From NCBI GenBank assembly GCA_963718005.1, contig CAVQXV010000003.1, positions 63,708 through 127,707 on the forward strand: DNA of 64,000 nucleotides, in the 5' to 3' direction. The position numbers and the translations under genes are program-made. This DNA is from an uncultured Gemmatimonadales bacterium (lineage in GTDB: Bacteria; Gemmatimonadota; Gemmatimonadetes; Gemmatimonadales; JACORV01). Positions 53,693-61,934 of this stretch are shown here, piece after piece (the stretch's first letter is position 1; the number at the start of each line of letters is the position of its first letter). Under the pieces are notes generated by a model. That model worked only from the letters and a program-made list of their open reading frames with translations. It was not told where the DNA came from and made no database searches.

Positions 53693-54315
53693 CAGGCCTT
53701 GGCGGCGGTCTCGAACAGCTTGCGCTGCAGCTCGTCCTTGCGCGGCACGTCGTGGCAGTGCCGGCAGCGCGCCTCGTACGACTCGCGCCCGCCGACCATG
53801 ATCTGCGGCGAGTCGTACGGCGCGGGCTTGCCGTTCACCAGGCGCTGGTTGCGGGTCGCGGGCCCGCCGCACACCACGCAGATCGCGTGCAGCTTGTCCA
53901 CGATCTCCGCGGCGGCCATCAGCGCCGGCATCGCGCCGAAGGGCTCGGCGCGGAAGTCGGTGTCGATGCCCGCCAGGATCACGCGCACACCGCGGTCCGC
54001 CAGCGCGTTGGCGACCGCCACGATGCCGTCGTCGAGGAACTGCGCCTCGTCCACGGCCACCACCTGCGTGTCGGGCCGCAGGTGCGTCATGATCTCGCGC
54101 GAGTCGTTGATCGGCTCCGCCTCGGCGATCGTGCCGTCGTGGCTCGAGACCGAGTAGATGCCGGCGTAGCGCGCGTCGAGATGGGATTTGAAGACCTGCA
54201 CCTTGTTCTTCGCGATCACCGCCCGGCGCACGCGGCGGATCAACTCCTCGCTCTTGCCGCTGAACATCACGCCGCTGATGACTTCGATCCAGCCGGGCTT
54301 GGTGCCGTGAAACAT
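53692..54315 (-). CDS. tdk: thymidine kinase
   Basis: Intact 207 aa. [15 protein letters not shown]-loop, VAVDEAQF, C-terminal zinc site CVVCG...CRHCH. Confidence 0.85.
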   Translation of the reverse strand: MFHGTKPGWIEVISGVMFSGKSEELIRRVRRAVIAKNKVQVFKSHLDARYAGIYSVSSHDGTIAEAEPINDSREIMTHLRPDTQVVAVDEAQFLDDGIVAVANALADRGVRVILAGIDTDFRAEPFGAMPALMAAAEIVDKLHAICVVCGGPATRNQRLVNGKPAPYDSPQIMVGGRESYEARCRHCHDVPRKDELQRKLFETAAKA

Positions 54316-54395
54316 CTTCGTCGTCCCTGGGTGGGCGGGTTCGGGTGCGGAAGTATGAGAGCGGGACCGGAGGGGGTCAAGCCGCGTTTTCCCTA

Positions 54396-54424
54396 TTGCA
54401 AATAATCAAGGAAATACCTAGGTT
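54396..54424 (+). promoter_or_regulatory. candidate promoter for the HU gene
   Basis: TTGCAA-N17-TAGGTT in the only AT-rich island of the tdk-HU gap. Confidence 0.4.
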
Positions 54425-54483
54425 TTCGGGCATATCGGGGCTCCGTCCCCGTTGTTTCAACCCCCCATTGAAGGAGTCTTCCG

Positions 54484-54774
54484 GTGAACAAGTCCGATCT
54501 CGTCAGCAGCCTGGCAGGCAAGACCAAGATGTCGAAGGCCGATGCTGGCCGTACGGTCGAGGCGCTGTTCGCTCCCAACGGCGTGATCGCCGTCGAGCTG
54601 AAGAAGGGCGCCAAGGTGCAGATCACCGGCTTTGGGAATTTCGAGACCCGCAAGCGCGGCGCCCGCAAGGGTCGCAACCCGCGCACCGGCAAGGAGATCA
54701 CCATCAAGGCGTCGATCGCCCCCGTGTTCCGCGCCGGCAAGGGCCTCAAGGACGCGGTGAAGAAGGGCAAGTAG
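54484..54774 (+). CDS. hup: HU-family DNA-binding protein
   Basis: VNKSDLVSSLA...GFGNFETRKRGARKGRNPRTGKEITIKA, the classic HU arm. GAAGGAG RBS, GTG start. Confidence 0.85.
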   Translation: MNKSDLVSSLAGKTKMSKADAGRTVEALFAPNGVIAVELKKGAKVQITGFGNFETRKRGARKGRNPRTGKEITIKASIAPVFRAGKGLKDAVKKGK

Positions 54775-54801
54775 TTCGCCCGCCAGTTCTGCGATAGTCG
54801 A

Positions 54802-54840
54802 GGCGCCGTCTCGGGTTTCCCGGGACGGCGCCTTGGTTTT
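54802..54840 (+). terminator. intrinsic terminator after HU (possibly bidirectional)
   Basis: GGCGCCGTCTCGGG-TTT-CCCGGGACGGCGCC (14-bp stem, one mismatch) followed by TTGGTTTT. The convergent gene ends at 54840. Confidence 0.6.
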
Positions 54841-56168
54841 CAGGCGAGGGGCCTGCCGGGCCGCGAGGCCGACGACGGGGCGTGACCGCGGTCCACCCGG
54901 GCCGTGACCCGGCGGCCCCGGAGGTTCGTGCCGGTCAGCGCGCGCACCACCCGCTCGGCGTCCTCCGCCTGGACCTCGACCAGCGCGTACAGCTCGCGCA
55001 CCTCGATCTTGCCGACCCGGTCCGCCGCCAGCTTGGCCTCGCCGACGATCGCGCCGAGCAGGTCCCCCGGCCGCACGTTGTCCTTCTTGCCCACGCCGAC
55101 CCACAGCTTGGCCCAGGCCGGCACGCCGGCGACCTCGGCGGCCGCGGCGTGGCCGGCCGGCGCCGGCGCGCTCTCCGCGGTCTGGGCCGACGGCTGGCCG
55201 AGGTGCAGCGCGGCCGCCGCCACCTCGGCCGCATCGAACCGCCCGAGCAGCGGACCGATGAGGAACAGCTCCCGATCCAGATTCTGCGTTTCGATGGTCC
55301 GGGCGATGCGCGCGCGAACCGCGTCGGCGCGCCGCTCCAGGGCGTCGAGCGCCGTGGGCAGCCGCAGCGCCGTGAGCGGCGAGAACACGCCCCGGAGCCA
55401 GGCGAGCTGCGAGGCCTCGACGACCAGCACGAGCCGGTGCGCCGGGCCGGCCGCGTCCGCCGCCGCGGTCATCGCCAGCGTCTCGGCGTCCTCGCGGCTC
55501 GCGGGGCAGCCGGCGACGGTCACCGCCTCGTCCGACGGCGGATCGAGCGCGTCGAGGATGCGCCGCCGCGTGGCCTCGAACTGGCCGGGTCGCGCGACGA
55601 CGAAGCTGGCGGCCCCGAGCTTCGCGGGCGGCGGGGCCTCGGAGCCCTCGTTGGGCGGGAAGCCGAACGCGACGGCCTTGAACGCGTAGCGCTCGACCAG
55701 GGCCTCCGCGTCGGCGTCGGCGGCGCCGACCAGGATGACGCGCTGCGAGTCGCGCGCCGCCTCGCTCATCACCGTTTCGAGCGCGGCGCGACCGTCCTCG
55801 TCGAGCTGCTCGGGCCAGGCCAGCACCACGGTCTGGAACTCCGGCGCCCGGAGCGCGGACTGCTTCAGGAGCTGCAGGGCGTCCGCGGCGCCGACGAGCA
55901 GGAAGGACGGCAGGCCGGCCGCGAGCTGGCGCCGGGCGCGGGCGAGCCCCGAGACGGCCAGCGAGGGCGCGCGGGGACAGGCGTCGAGCAGAGCGACGGC
56001 GCGATCGGCGTCGGCGGTGATGACGAGCGTGGGGCGGGTTTCGGGGATGGCCTGGAGGTACGGGCCGGCGGCTGCCGGAACGGGCGGGATCAGAACGGCC
56101 AGGTTGTGGCCACGAGCGATGACCGGTGCGGCATCCACGGCGAACCCCCGAATTGTCAAAGAAGGCAC
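54840..56168 (-). CDS. DEAD-box-helicase-like protein lacking all catalytic motifs, with C-terminal DbpA-type RNA-binding domain
   Basis: Intact 442 aa. The C-terminus KLWVGVGKKDNVRPGDLLGAIVGEAKLAADRVGKIEVRELYALVEVQAEDAERVVRAL matches the DbpA/YxiN RBD pattern. The N-terminal two thirds follow the RecA-domain layout with degenerate motifs (see finding). Confidence 0.55.
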   Translation of the reverse strand: MPSLTIRGFAVDAAPVIARGHNLAVLIPPVPAAAGPYLQAIPETRPTLVITADADRAVALLDACPRAPSLAVSGLARARRQLAAGLPSFLLVGAADALQLLKQSALRAPEFQTVVLAWPEQLDEDGRAALETVMSEAARDSQRVILVGAADADAEALVERYAFKAVAFGFPPNEGSEAPPPAKLGAASFVVARPGQFEATRRRILDALDPPSDEAVTVAGCPASREDAETLAMTAAADAAGPAHRLVLVVEASQLAWLRGVFSPLTALRLPTALDALERRADAVRARIARTIETQNLDRELFLIGPLLGRFDAAEVAAAALHLGQPSAQTAESAPAPAGHAAAAEVAGVPAWAKLWVGVGKKDNVRPGDLLGAIVGEAKLAADRVGKIEVRELYALVEVQAEDAERVVRALTGTNLRGRRVTARVDRGHAPSSASRPGRPLA

Positions 56169-56266
56169 TGCGTCCTGCTGCGGAGACTACCGTCGCGGCC
56201 GGCGTTCCTCAAGAGCGGCGGGCGATCGGGCCCTCCGGCTCGTGGCGCACCGCGGCCGAGCCGCCG

Positions 56267-57150
56267 TCACCTCGCCGCGTCGAGTACCGCGCGGAGACCG
56301 TGGACCACGTCGGCCAGCGGACCGTCGCTCCAGAAGTGGACGACGTAGACCGGCGGCGTCTCGCCCACCAGGTGGCCGTGCAGCGCCTCGGCCACGATGC
56401 CGTTCGCCGCCATCGCGCGCAGCACGGGTCCCAGCTGCGTGGCCAGGATCGCGACGTCGCCCGTCGCCACGGCCCGCGAGGGATGGATGAACTGGATGTC
56501 GACCGGCGTGGCGAGAGCGAGCGCGGGCACGAGCACGCGGCCGTGCCAGCGGACCTTCTTCGGCGACGAGCTGGAAGGTGAGCTGCGCCACGTTGCCGGC
56601 CGCCCGGCCGCGCTGGCCGAGGGCGCCGAAGACCAGGGCCGTGTCGATCGTGACGGGGGGAGAGGCCGCGGCCGTCACCGGGCGCGGCGTGCCCGTCCGC
56701 GACAGCACGGAGTCGAGGCGGCGGGCGAGGTCCACGGCCGCGCCCTCGCCGTGGACGTGCACGTGCGTGAGCCGCGGCTCCTCGCCCACCAGGTGGTCGT
56801 CGATGCCGGTGACGTCGAGCCGCTGGCGCACCAACTCGGCTTCCACCGGACCGAGCTCCGCCCGCGTCACCACCAGGTCGCCCATCGCCACGGCCTCGCG
56901 CGCCGTGCCGGCGAAGCCCGCCCAGGCGGCGGCCGCCAGCGGCACCGCGAGCTGGACGTCGCCCTTCCGCACCGTGACGTCGCGGCGGGGCAGGTTGTAG
57001 CGGACGTAGCCCGCCGAGGGCACAGCCGGACTCCGGAGGATCGTCGGCGACCGTGTCCCACACGGGCGCGAGCGGAAGCTGGGCCGCGGCGGGGACGGCC
57101 GAAGCGCCGCCGAGAACCACGGCCAACACGATGCGGTGAACGCGGTGCAT
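56267..57150 (-). CDS. secreted two-repeat protein, possibly DUF1259/LpqO-like, two frame breaks
   Basis: Signal peptide MHRVHRIVLAVVLGGASAVPAAAQ. There is an internal duplication (MGDLVVTRAELGPVEAELVRQRLDVTGIDDHLVGEEPRLTHVHVHG versus GDVAILATQLGPVLRAMAANGIVAEALHGHLVGETPPVYVVHFWS). Family name is from memory only. Length is 3n+2. Confidence 0.4.
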
Positions 57151-57260
57151 GACGTCCTCCGTTCCACGATCAATTTCCTCGGACTTTCCAATCGGCCCGC
57201 TCTGGCCCCGGGCCGCCGGCCCCTTCATCTTGGCCGCAGCCCCTCAACCGGAAACGGCCG

Positions 57261-57872
57261 ATGCCCGCCGCGAGGAAGCTCGACCTCTACAAGCTGCACG
57301 CCGCCGAGTACGTGGCGGCGCGTTCTCCCATGATCCTCACCACAAGCCCGCGCGCTATCTCGCCGTCGCCGGCACGGGCGATCCCGACACGCCGGCCTTC
57401 GGCGAGAAGGTGGGGGCGTTGTACGCGGTGGCCTACGCCGTGAAGATGGCCCGGAAGCAGGCGGGGAGGGACTACAAGGTCGCCGGCCTCGAGGGCCTGT
57501 GGTGGGGCGTGGGCGGAAGCCGGCTGGATGATCGAGCAGCAGCGCGCCCAGTGGCGCTGGAAGGCGCTCATCCGGGTGCCCGATTTCGTCCGCGCGTCGG
57601 ACGTGGCGGCGGCCGTGAAGCAGCTCCTCGCCAAGGGGAAGCCGAAGGCCGTGGCCCGGGTCAAGCTCGAGACGATCGACGAGGGCCGGGTGGTCCAGAT
57701 GCTGCACCTCGGGCCCTACATGGACGAGGGGCCGACGATGGACGCGATGCTGGCGTTCGCGAAGGACCACGGGATGAGGTTCACCGGGCGGCACCACGAG
57801 ATCTACCTGTCGGACCCGCACCGGGTGAAGCCGGACAAGCTCCGCACCATCCTGCGCCACCCGGTGCGGTAG
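57261..57872 (+). CDS. GyrI-like small-molecule-binding domain protein, two frame breaks
   Basis: LDLYKLHAAEY..., ARYLAVAGTGDPDTPAFGEKVGALYAVAYAVKMA..., and ...VQMLHLGPYMDEGPTMDAMLAFAKDHGMRFTGRHHEIYLSDPHRVKPDKLRTILRHPV in three frames. Confidence 0.7.
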
Positions 57873-57893
57873 GGTCCGCCCGGCACCGCCGCG

Positions 57894-58268
57894 CTACGCC
57901 TCGCGCGTGGCGCGAATCAGCGCCTCCATGTGCTCGAGGTAGCGCTCCAGCGCGCGGCGCCCGGCGGCCGTGAGCCGGTACTCCGTCCGCGGCAGGCGGC
58001 CCTCGAACGACTTGGTGCACGCGATGTACTCCGCCTCCTCCAGCTTGCGCGCGTGCACGCTGAGGTTGCCGTCGCTGGTGTTGAGCAGCTTCTTGAGGTC
58101 GCCGAAGCTCAGCGACTCGTTCACGGCCAGCGCGCTCACGATGCCGAGCCGCAGCCGCTCGTGGATCAGCCGGTCGAGCTCGGGCGCGTGACTCGCGGCG
58201 TGCGCCTTGTCGCGCGGCTCCTCGCGGCGCCGGTCGGCCTCCTTCCGCACGGCGCCCGTCCTAGCCAC
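57894..58268 (-). CDS. winged-helix transcriptional regulator (HTH_34/ArsR-like)
   Basis: LDRLIHERLRLGIVSALAVNESLSFGDLKKLLNTSDGNLSVHARKLEEAEYIACTKSFEGRLPRTEYRLTAAGRRALERYLEHM. GTG at 58268. GC3 becomes high only from about 58275 downstream. Confidence 0.65.
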   Translation of the reverse strand: MARTGAVRKEADRRREEPRDKAHAASHAPELDRLIHERLRLGIVSALAVNESLSFGDLKKLLNTSDGNLSVHARKLEEAEYIACTKSFEGRLPRTEYRLTAAGRRALERYLEHMEALIRATREA

Positions 58269-58886
58269 CGTGCTTGCCGCGCGATCAGCGCGCCGAACAC
58301 CACGTGCAGCGCCGCCGAAGCCCGCCGCCATCAGCGGGTCGCCCCACCCCGCCGGCGCCGCGAGCGCCGCCGTCCCGACCACCATGAACGAGAGCCCCAT
58401 CACCGGCACCGTGCTGACCGAGAACGCGCCCGCCGTGGCGAAGGCCGTCCCGTAGAGCAGCAGCCACATCCCCGGCAGCAGCGTCGCGAAGCCGCCGTAA
58501 TAGAGAGGAATGGTGAGGATCGCGCCCGCCGCGAGCGGGGTCGCGAACGTCAGCGCGAACTTCCGCCCGGGACCGCCGAACAGCGGCTGCCGGGCGCGCC
58601 GCGCCTTCCGCACCGTCATCAGGACGCCGATCAAGGCGCCGATCACGGCCTCCGCCAGCCAGACCCGCATCCACGCCTTGGGCGTCGGCGCCCGGCCGGC
58701 CAGGTACGCCGCGGGAAAGGCCGTGAGGCCGATGACCGCGCCGCCCCATCCCGACAGGGCCGTGAACGACGCCGCACCCTCCATCGTCGCGCGGATGTAG
58801 CGCAGGTCGTCCATCGCCCGCGCGTGCAGCGCCTCCGCCGGAGGCGGCGAGCCGGGCGGCGGCACCGGGGGCCGGGAGGGGTTCAT
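58261..58886 (-). CDS. integral membrane protein co-transcribed with the wHTH regulator, 3' end disrupted
   Basis: MNPSRPPVPPPGS..., then about 5 TM segments. The track fuses it to the regulator (57894..58973). GC3 indicates the last helix continues as LHVVFGALIA in another frame. Confidence 0.45.
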
Positions 58887-58922
58887 GCCGCGAGGATAGG
58901 CCCATACTCCACGACAGTCAAG

Positions 58923-58941
58923 TACTTTGTAATGCAAAGTA
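58923..58941. promoter_or_regulatory. candidate operator: 7-bp inverted repeat TACTTTG-N5-CAAAGTA
   Basis: A perfect inverted repeat in the divergent gap next to the wHTH regulator operon. It abuts a TTGACT-N17-TATCCT promoter-like element. Confidence 0.35.
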
Positions 58942-58978
58942 AAGCGGAACCTGGGGTGGCCCGGGCGGTACATGGCGG

Positions 58979-59386
58979 GTGCCTGACCTCACGCCTGCCG
59001 CCGACGCGCCACCATCCCGACCGCTGGTCGTGACCGGATACCACGGGGCCCCCACGCCCGCCACGCTCGTGGTGGCCACCTTCGACCCGGGCCAGCGGAT
59101 GCGCCGCGCCGTGAAGGGGCTGGCCGGATTCTGGGGCGCGATGGTGGTGAGCGTCTTCATCCCGATCGCCCACTTCGTCCTGGTGCCGTCGTTCTTCGGC
59201 ATCGGCATCTGGCAGTTCGTCCGGCGGCTGCGTCTGCATCACCTGGTGCGGGGCGCGCACGGCCGGTGCCCGGACTGCGGGGCGGAGCAGGATTTCGAGC
59301 TGAGCGCTGGTTCGCGGTTCCCGGCCGGTGTACAATGCCGCCAGTGCCACCGTGGACTCACCCTCGCCCCGGCGGAGACCGCGTGA
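58979..59386 (+). CDS. hypothetical membrane protein with C-terminal zinc ribbon
   Basis: Intact 135 aa. Two hydrophobic segments, then CPDCG...CRQC. Confidence 0.45.
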   Translation: MPDLTPAADAPPSRPLVVTGYHGAPTPATLVVATFDPGQRMRRAVKGLAGFWGAMVVSVFIPIAHFVLVPSFFGIGIWQFVRRLRLHHLVRGAHGRCPDCGAEQDFELSAGSRFPAGVQCRQCHRGLTLAPAETA

Positions 59387-59532
59387 AGCTGCTGCGGAAC
59401 TTGCTCATCTTCATCTTCGGCACGGTGCTGGCCGCCCTGGGCCAGCAGGTGCTGGGGATCACCGGCATGGTGCTCGGCTCCATCGCGGGGATCTTCCTCG
59501 GCTACTGGGCGGCGCGGCGGCTGATGCCGTGA
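59383..59532 (+). CDS. hypothetical 49-aa membrane peptide
   Basis: GTGA overlap with the upstream stop. VKLLRNLLIFIFGTVLAALGQQVLGITGMVLGSIAGIFLGYW. Confidence 0.35.
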   Translation: MKLLRNLLIFIFGTVLAALGQQVLGITGMVLGSIAGIFLGYWAARRLMP

Positions 59533-59636
59533 GGCGCCCGCGGCGCTAGTTGACACTGCCCGTGCCCTCGCCATCTTGGGGCGCGTGCAGTCGCAGGCCG
59601 CGGTCGTCACTCCTTTCCGGAGCACCGGGTCAATTC

Positions 59637-60868
59637 ATGAGCGCGCTCTTCTCACGCAACGTTGCGGCGCTGACGCCCAGCGCGACCCTGGCCGTGTCCG
59701 CCGAGGCGGCGCGCTTGAGGCGCGAGGGCGTCAACGTGGTGGACCTCGGAGCCGGGGAGCCCGATTTCCCCACCCCGCGGGCGGTGGCGGAGGCCGGCGT
59801 GCGGGCGACGCAGGCCGGGAAGACCAAGTACGCGGCGAACGAGGGCATCCTGGAGCTCAGGGCCGCGATCGCGCGGCGCTGGTCGCTGCTCTCGGGCGGC
59901 CGGCCGGTCAACGCGGACAACATCGTGGTGTCCAACGGCGCCAAGCAGTCGGTGATGAACGCGTGCTTCTGCCTGTTCGGCGGCCGCGAGAAGGTGCTCA
60001 TCCCCTCGCCCGCGTGGACGAGCTACCCGCAGATCGTGCACCTGGCGCGGGCGACGCCGGTGGAGATCGCGGGGGACGCGGAGTGGAGCCTCAAGGTCTC
60101 CGTGCGCGACCTGGAGCGGGAGTGGGACGAGTCGGTGAAGGGCCTCATCATGAACTCGCCCAGCAACCCGACCGGCGCGGTGTACACGCTGGCGGAGCTC
60201 AGGGCCATCGCCGAGTGGGCGAAACGGAAGGGCGTGTGGATCGTCGCCGACGAGATCTACCGGCGCATCCACTACGGCGACGGGGTGGCGCCCTCGTTCC
60301 TCGACCTGCCCGACGAGCTGCTGGAGCGCGTGGTGCTGGTGGACGGTGCGAGCAAGGCGTACGCGATGACCGGCTGGCGCATCGGATGCGCGCTGGCCTC
60401 GCGCGACCTCGCGAAGACCATGGCGGCGCTCCAGTCGCACACCACGTCGGGCGCGAACACGATGGCGCAGTGGGCGGCGGCCGAGGCGTTCGGCAACGAC
60501 CGGTGCAGCCGGAAGTCGAGGCGATGACCGCACAATTCCGGAAGCGGCGCGACTACCTGGTGGGGCGGTTCCGCCAGGAGCTGCCGGGGGTGGAGTTCGT
60601 CGAACCGCTGGGGGCGTTCTACCTCTTCTTCCGCGTGGACGACGTGTTCAGCCGGCAGGTGCCGAGCGCGACCGAGTTCTGCCGCCGCCTCATCGCCGAC
60701 GAGGCCCTCGCCCTGGTGCCCGGCGCCGCGTTCGGCGACGACCGGTGGGTGCGGCTCAGCTACGCGGCGTCGGACGAGATGCTCAAGGAAGGCGTGGACC
60801 GGCTGGTGCGTGAATTCACGCGCCTCAAGTCGGAGAAGCAAGACGTCGGAACGCAGAGGGCAGGGTAG
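59637..60868 (+). CDS. aspartate/aromatic aminotransferase (class I PLP enzyme), one frame break near 60500
   Basis: LGAGEPDFPTP, KYAANEGILELR, NSPSNPTGAVY, DEIY, SKAYAMTGWRIG (PLP lysine). The C-terminus lies in ORF 59576..60868. The length remainder fits a 1-nt deletion. Confidence 0.8.
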
Positions 60869-61002
60869 TTGCCAGACGCCAAGTTGCCAGTGGTTGCCAG
60901 ACGGGAGTAGTTCGGGGGCCAGTCCAGTTGTCAGTACTTGCAACTGGTCTGGCCCCTATCCGCTTGCTTCTTGGAACCACTGGCAACTGGCGTCTGGCAA
61001 CT
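60866..61002. repeat. GTTGCCAG-word nested hairpin element starting at the aminotransferase stop
   Basis: The outer arms are AGTTGCCAGACGCCAAGTTGCCAGTGG (60867-60893) and CCACTGGCAACTGGCGTCTGGCAACT (60977-61002). The inner hairpin is GGGGCCAGTCCAGTTG / CAACTGGTCTGGCCCC (60915-60956). Confidence 0.75.
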
Positions 61003-61037
61003 CTTCTGACCACTGTCTTCTTAGACCTGTTCTCTCC

Positions 61038-61051
61038 CATATGCGCATATG
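61038..61051. promoter_or_regulatory. perfect 14-bp palindrome CATATGCGCATATG
   Basis: An AT-rich palindrome about 60 nt upstream of gene 61111 and 24 nt upstream of a TATATT -10-like hexamer (61075-61080). Confidence 0.3.
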
Positions 61052-61110
61052 CTGGCTCCCCGTTGGGGCAAGCCGTATATTTGCCGCCCGCATTCACTTG
61101 AGGCTTCCGG

Positions 61111-61626
61111 ATGGGTCTTGGCGGGCGGGTCGTCGAGCGCTCGGGCCGAGTGCCGCACATCAGCTACCGGTGGGATGCCGAGACGGACATCCTGACCGGG
61201 GCGATCAAGGCCGGGGCGAAGAAGGCCGGCGGCCTGACGGGCTCGGTGGAGCTCGAGGGCAGCGACGGGTCGTTCATCCTGCTCGACGTGGCGGGGGGCG
61301 CGATCCACGGCGTGGAAGTCGTCGTGTGGCCGGACGTGCGGACCGCGGCGTCGCTCACGGCGCCGGCGGAGATCGCGGACGGCGACGTGCTGCTGCCCAC
61401 TCGCCGCTCGCAGCCGTCGGTGGCCGCCGTCGAGGTGGACACCGCGCTGACCATCGAGACCAATCCCGCGGAATCCGTGTTCCACGTGCGACTCGGCCCG
61501 CCGCGCACGACCACCGTGGTCCGCGTGGCCGACAGCCTCCTGGTGGAGGTGGACGAGCAGGAGGAGCTGGCGGGCCTGTGGCTGCTCGACGTCCCGCCGT
61601 TCCCGGTGGACGAGCCGGCCCTGTGA
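61111..61626 (+). CDS. hypothetical protein, two DUF2283-like halves
   Basis: Intact 171 aa. ISYRWDAETDIL...LLDVAGGAIHGVEVV and HVRLGPP...LLVEVDEQEELAGLWLLDV resemble the DUF2283 pattern. By eye only. Confidence 0.4.
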   Translation: MGLGGRVVERSGRVPHISYRWDAETDILTGAIKAGAKKAGGLTGSVELEGSDGSFILLDVAGGAIHGVEVVVWPDVRTAASLTAPAEIADGDVLLPTRRSQPSVAAVEVDTALTIETNPAESVFHVRLGPPRTTTVVRVADSLLVEVDEQEELAGLWLLDVPPFPVDEPAL

Positions 61627-61901
61627 TCACCGCCATCGTGCAGGTGCGCTGCTCGCGCGACCTGATCCCGGAAACGGCGGAGGCCATCGCGGCGCTGGAC
61701 GGCGTGTCGGAGGTGTACTCGGTCTCGGGTGACTGGGACCTCATGGCCATCGTGAAGGTGAAGGCGTACGACGACATCGCCAAGGTCGTGACCGAGCGCC
61801 TGGTCCGCGTGCCCGGCATCATCCGCACCCACACCATCAGCGCCTTCCGCGTGTACTCGAAGGCGGACCGCGAGGCAGGCTTCAATCTCGGCGAGCGCTA
61901 G
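61623..61901 (+). CDS. Lrp/AsnC ligand-binding (RAM) domain protein without HTH
   Basis: GTGA overlap. VITAIVQVRC...IAALDGVSEVYSVSGDWDLMAIVKV...VPGIIRTHTISAFRVY. Confidence 0.65.
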   Translation: MITAIVQVRCSRDLIPETAEAIAALDGVSEVYSVSGDWDLMAIVKVKAYDDIAKVVTERLVRVPGIIRTHTISAFRVYSKADREAGFNLGER

Positions 61902-61934
61902 GCCGCCGGGCTCGCCCGCGGCTGTCCCGGCACC

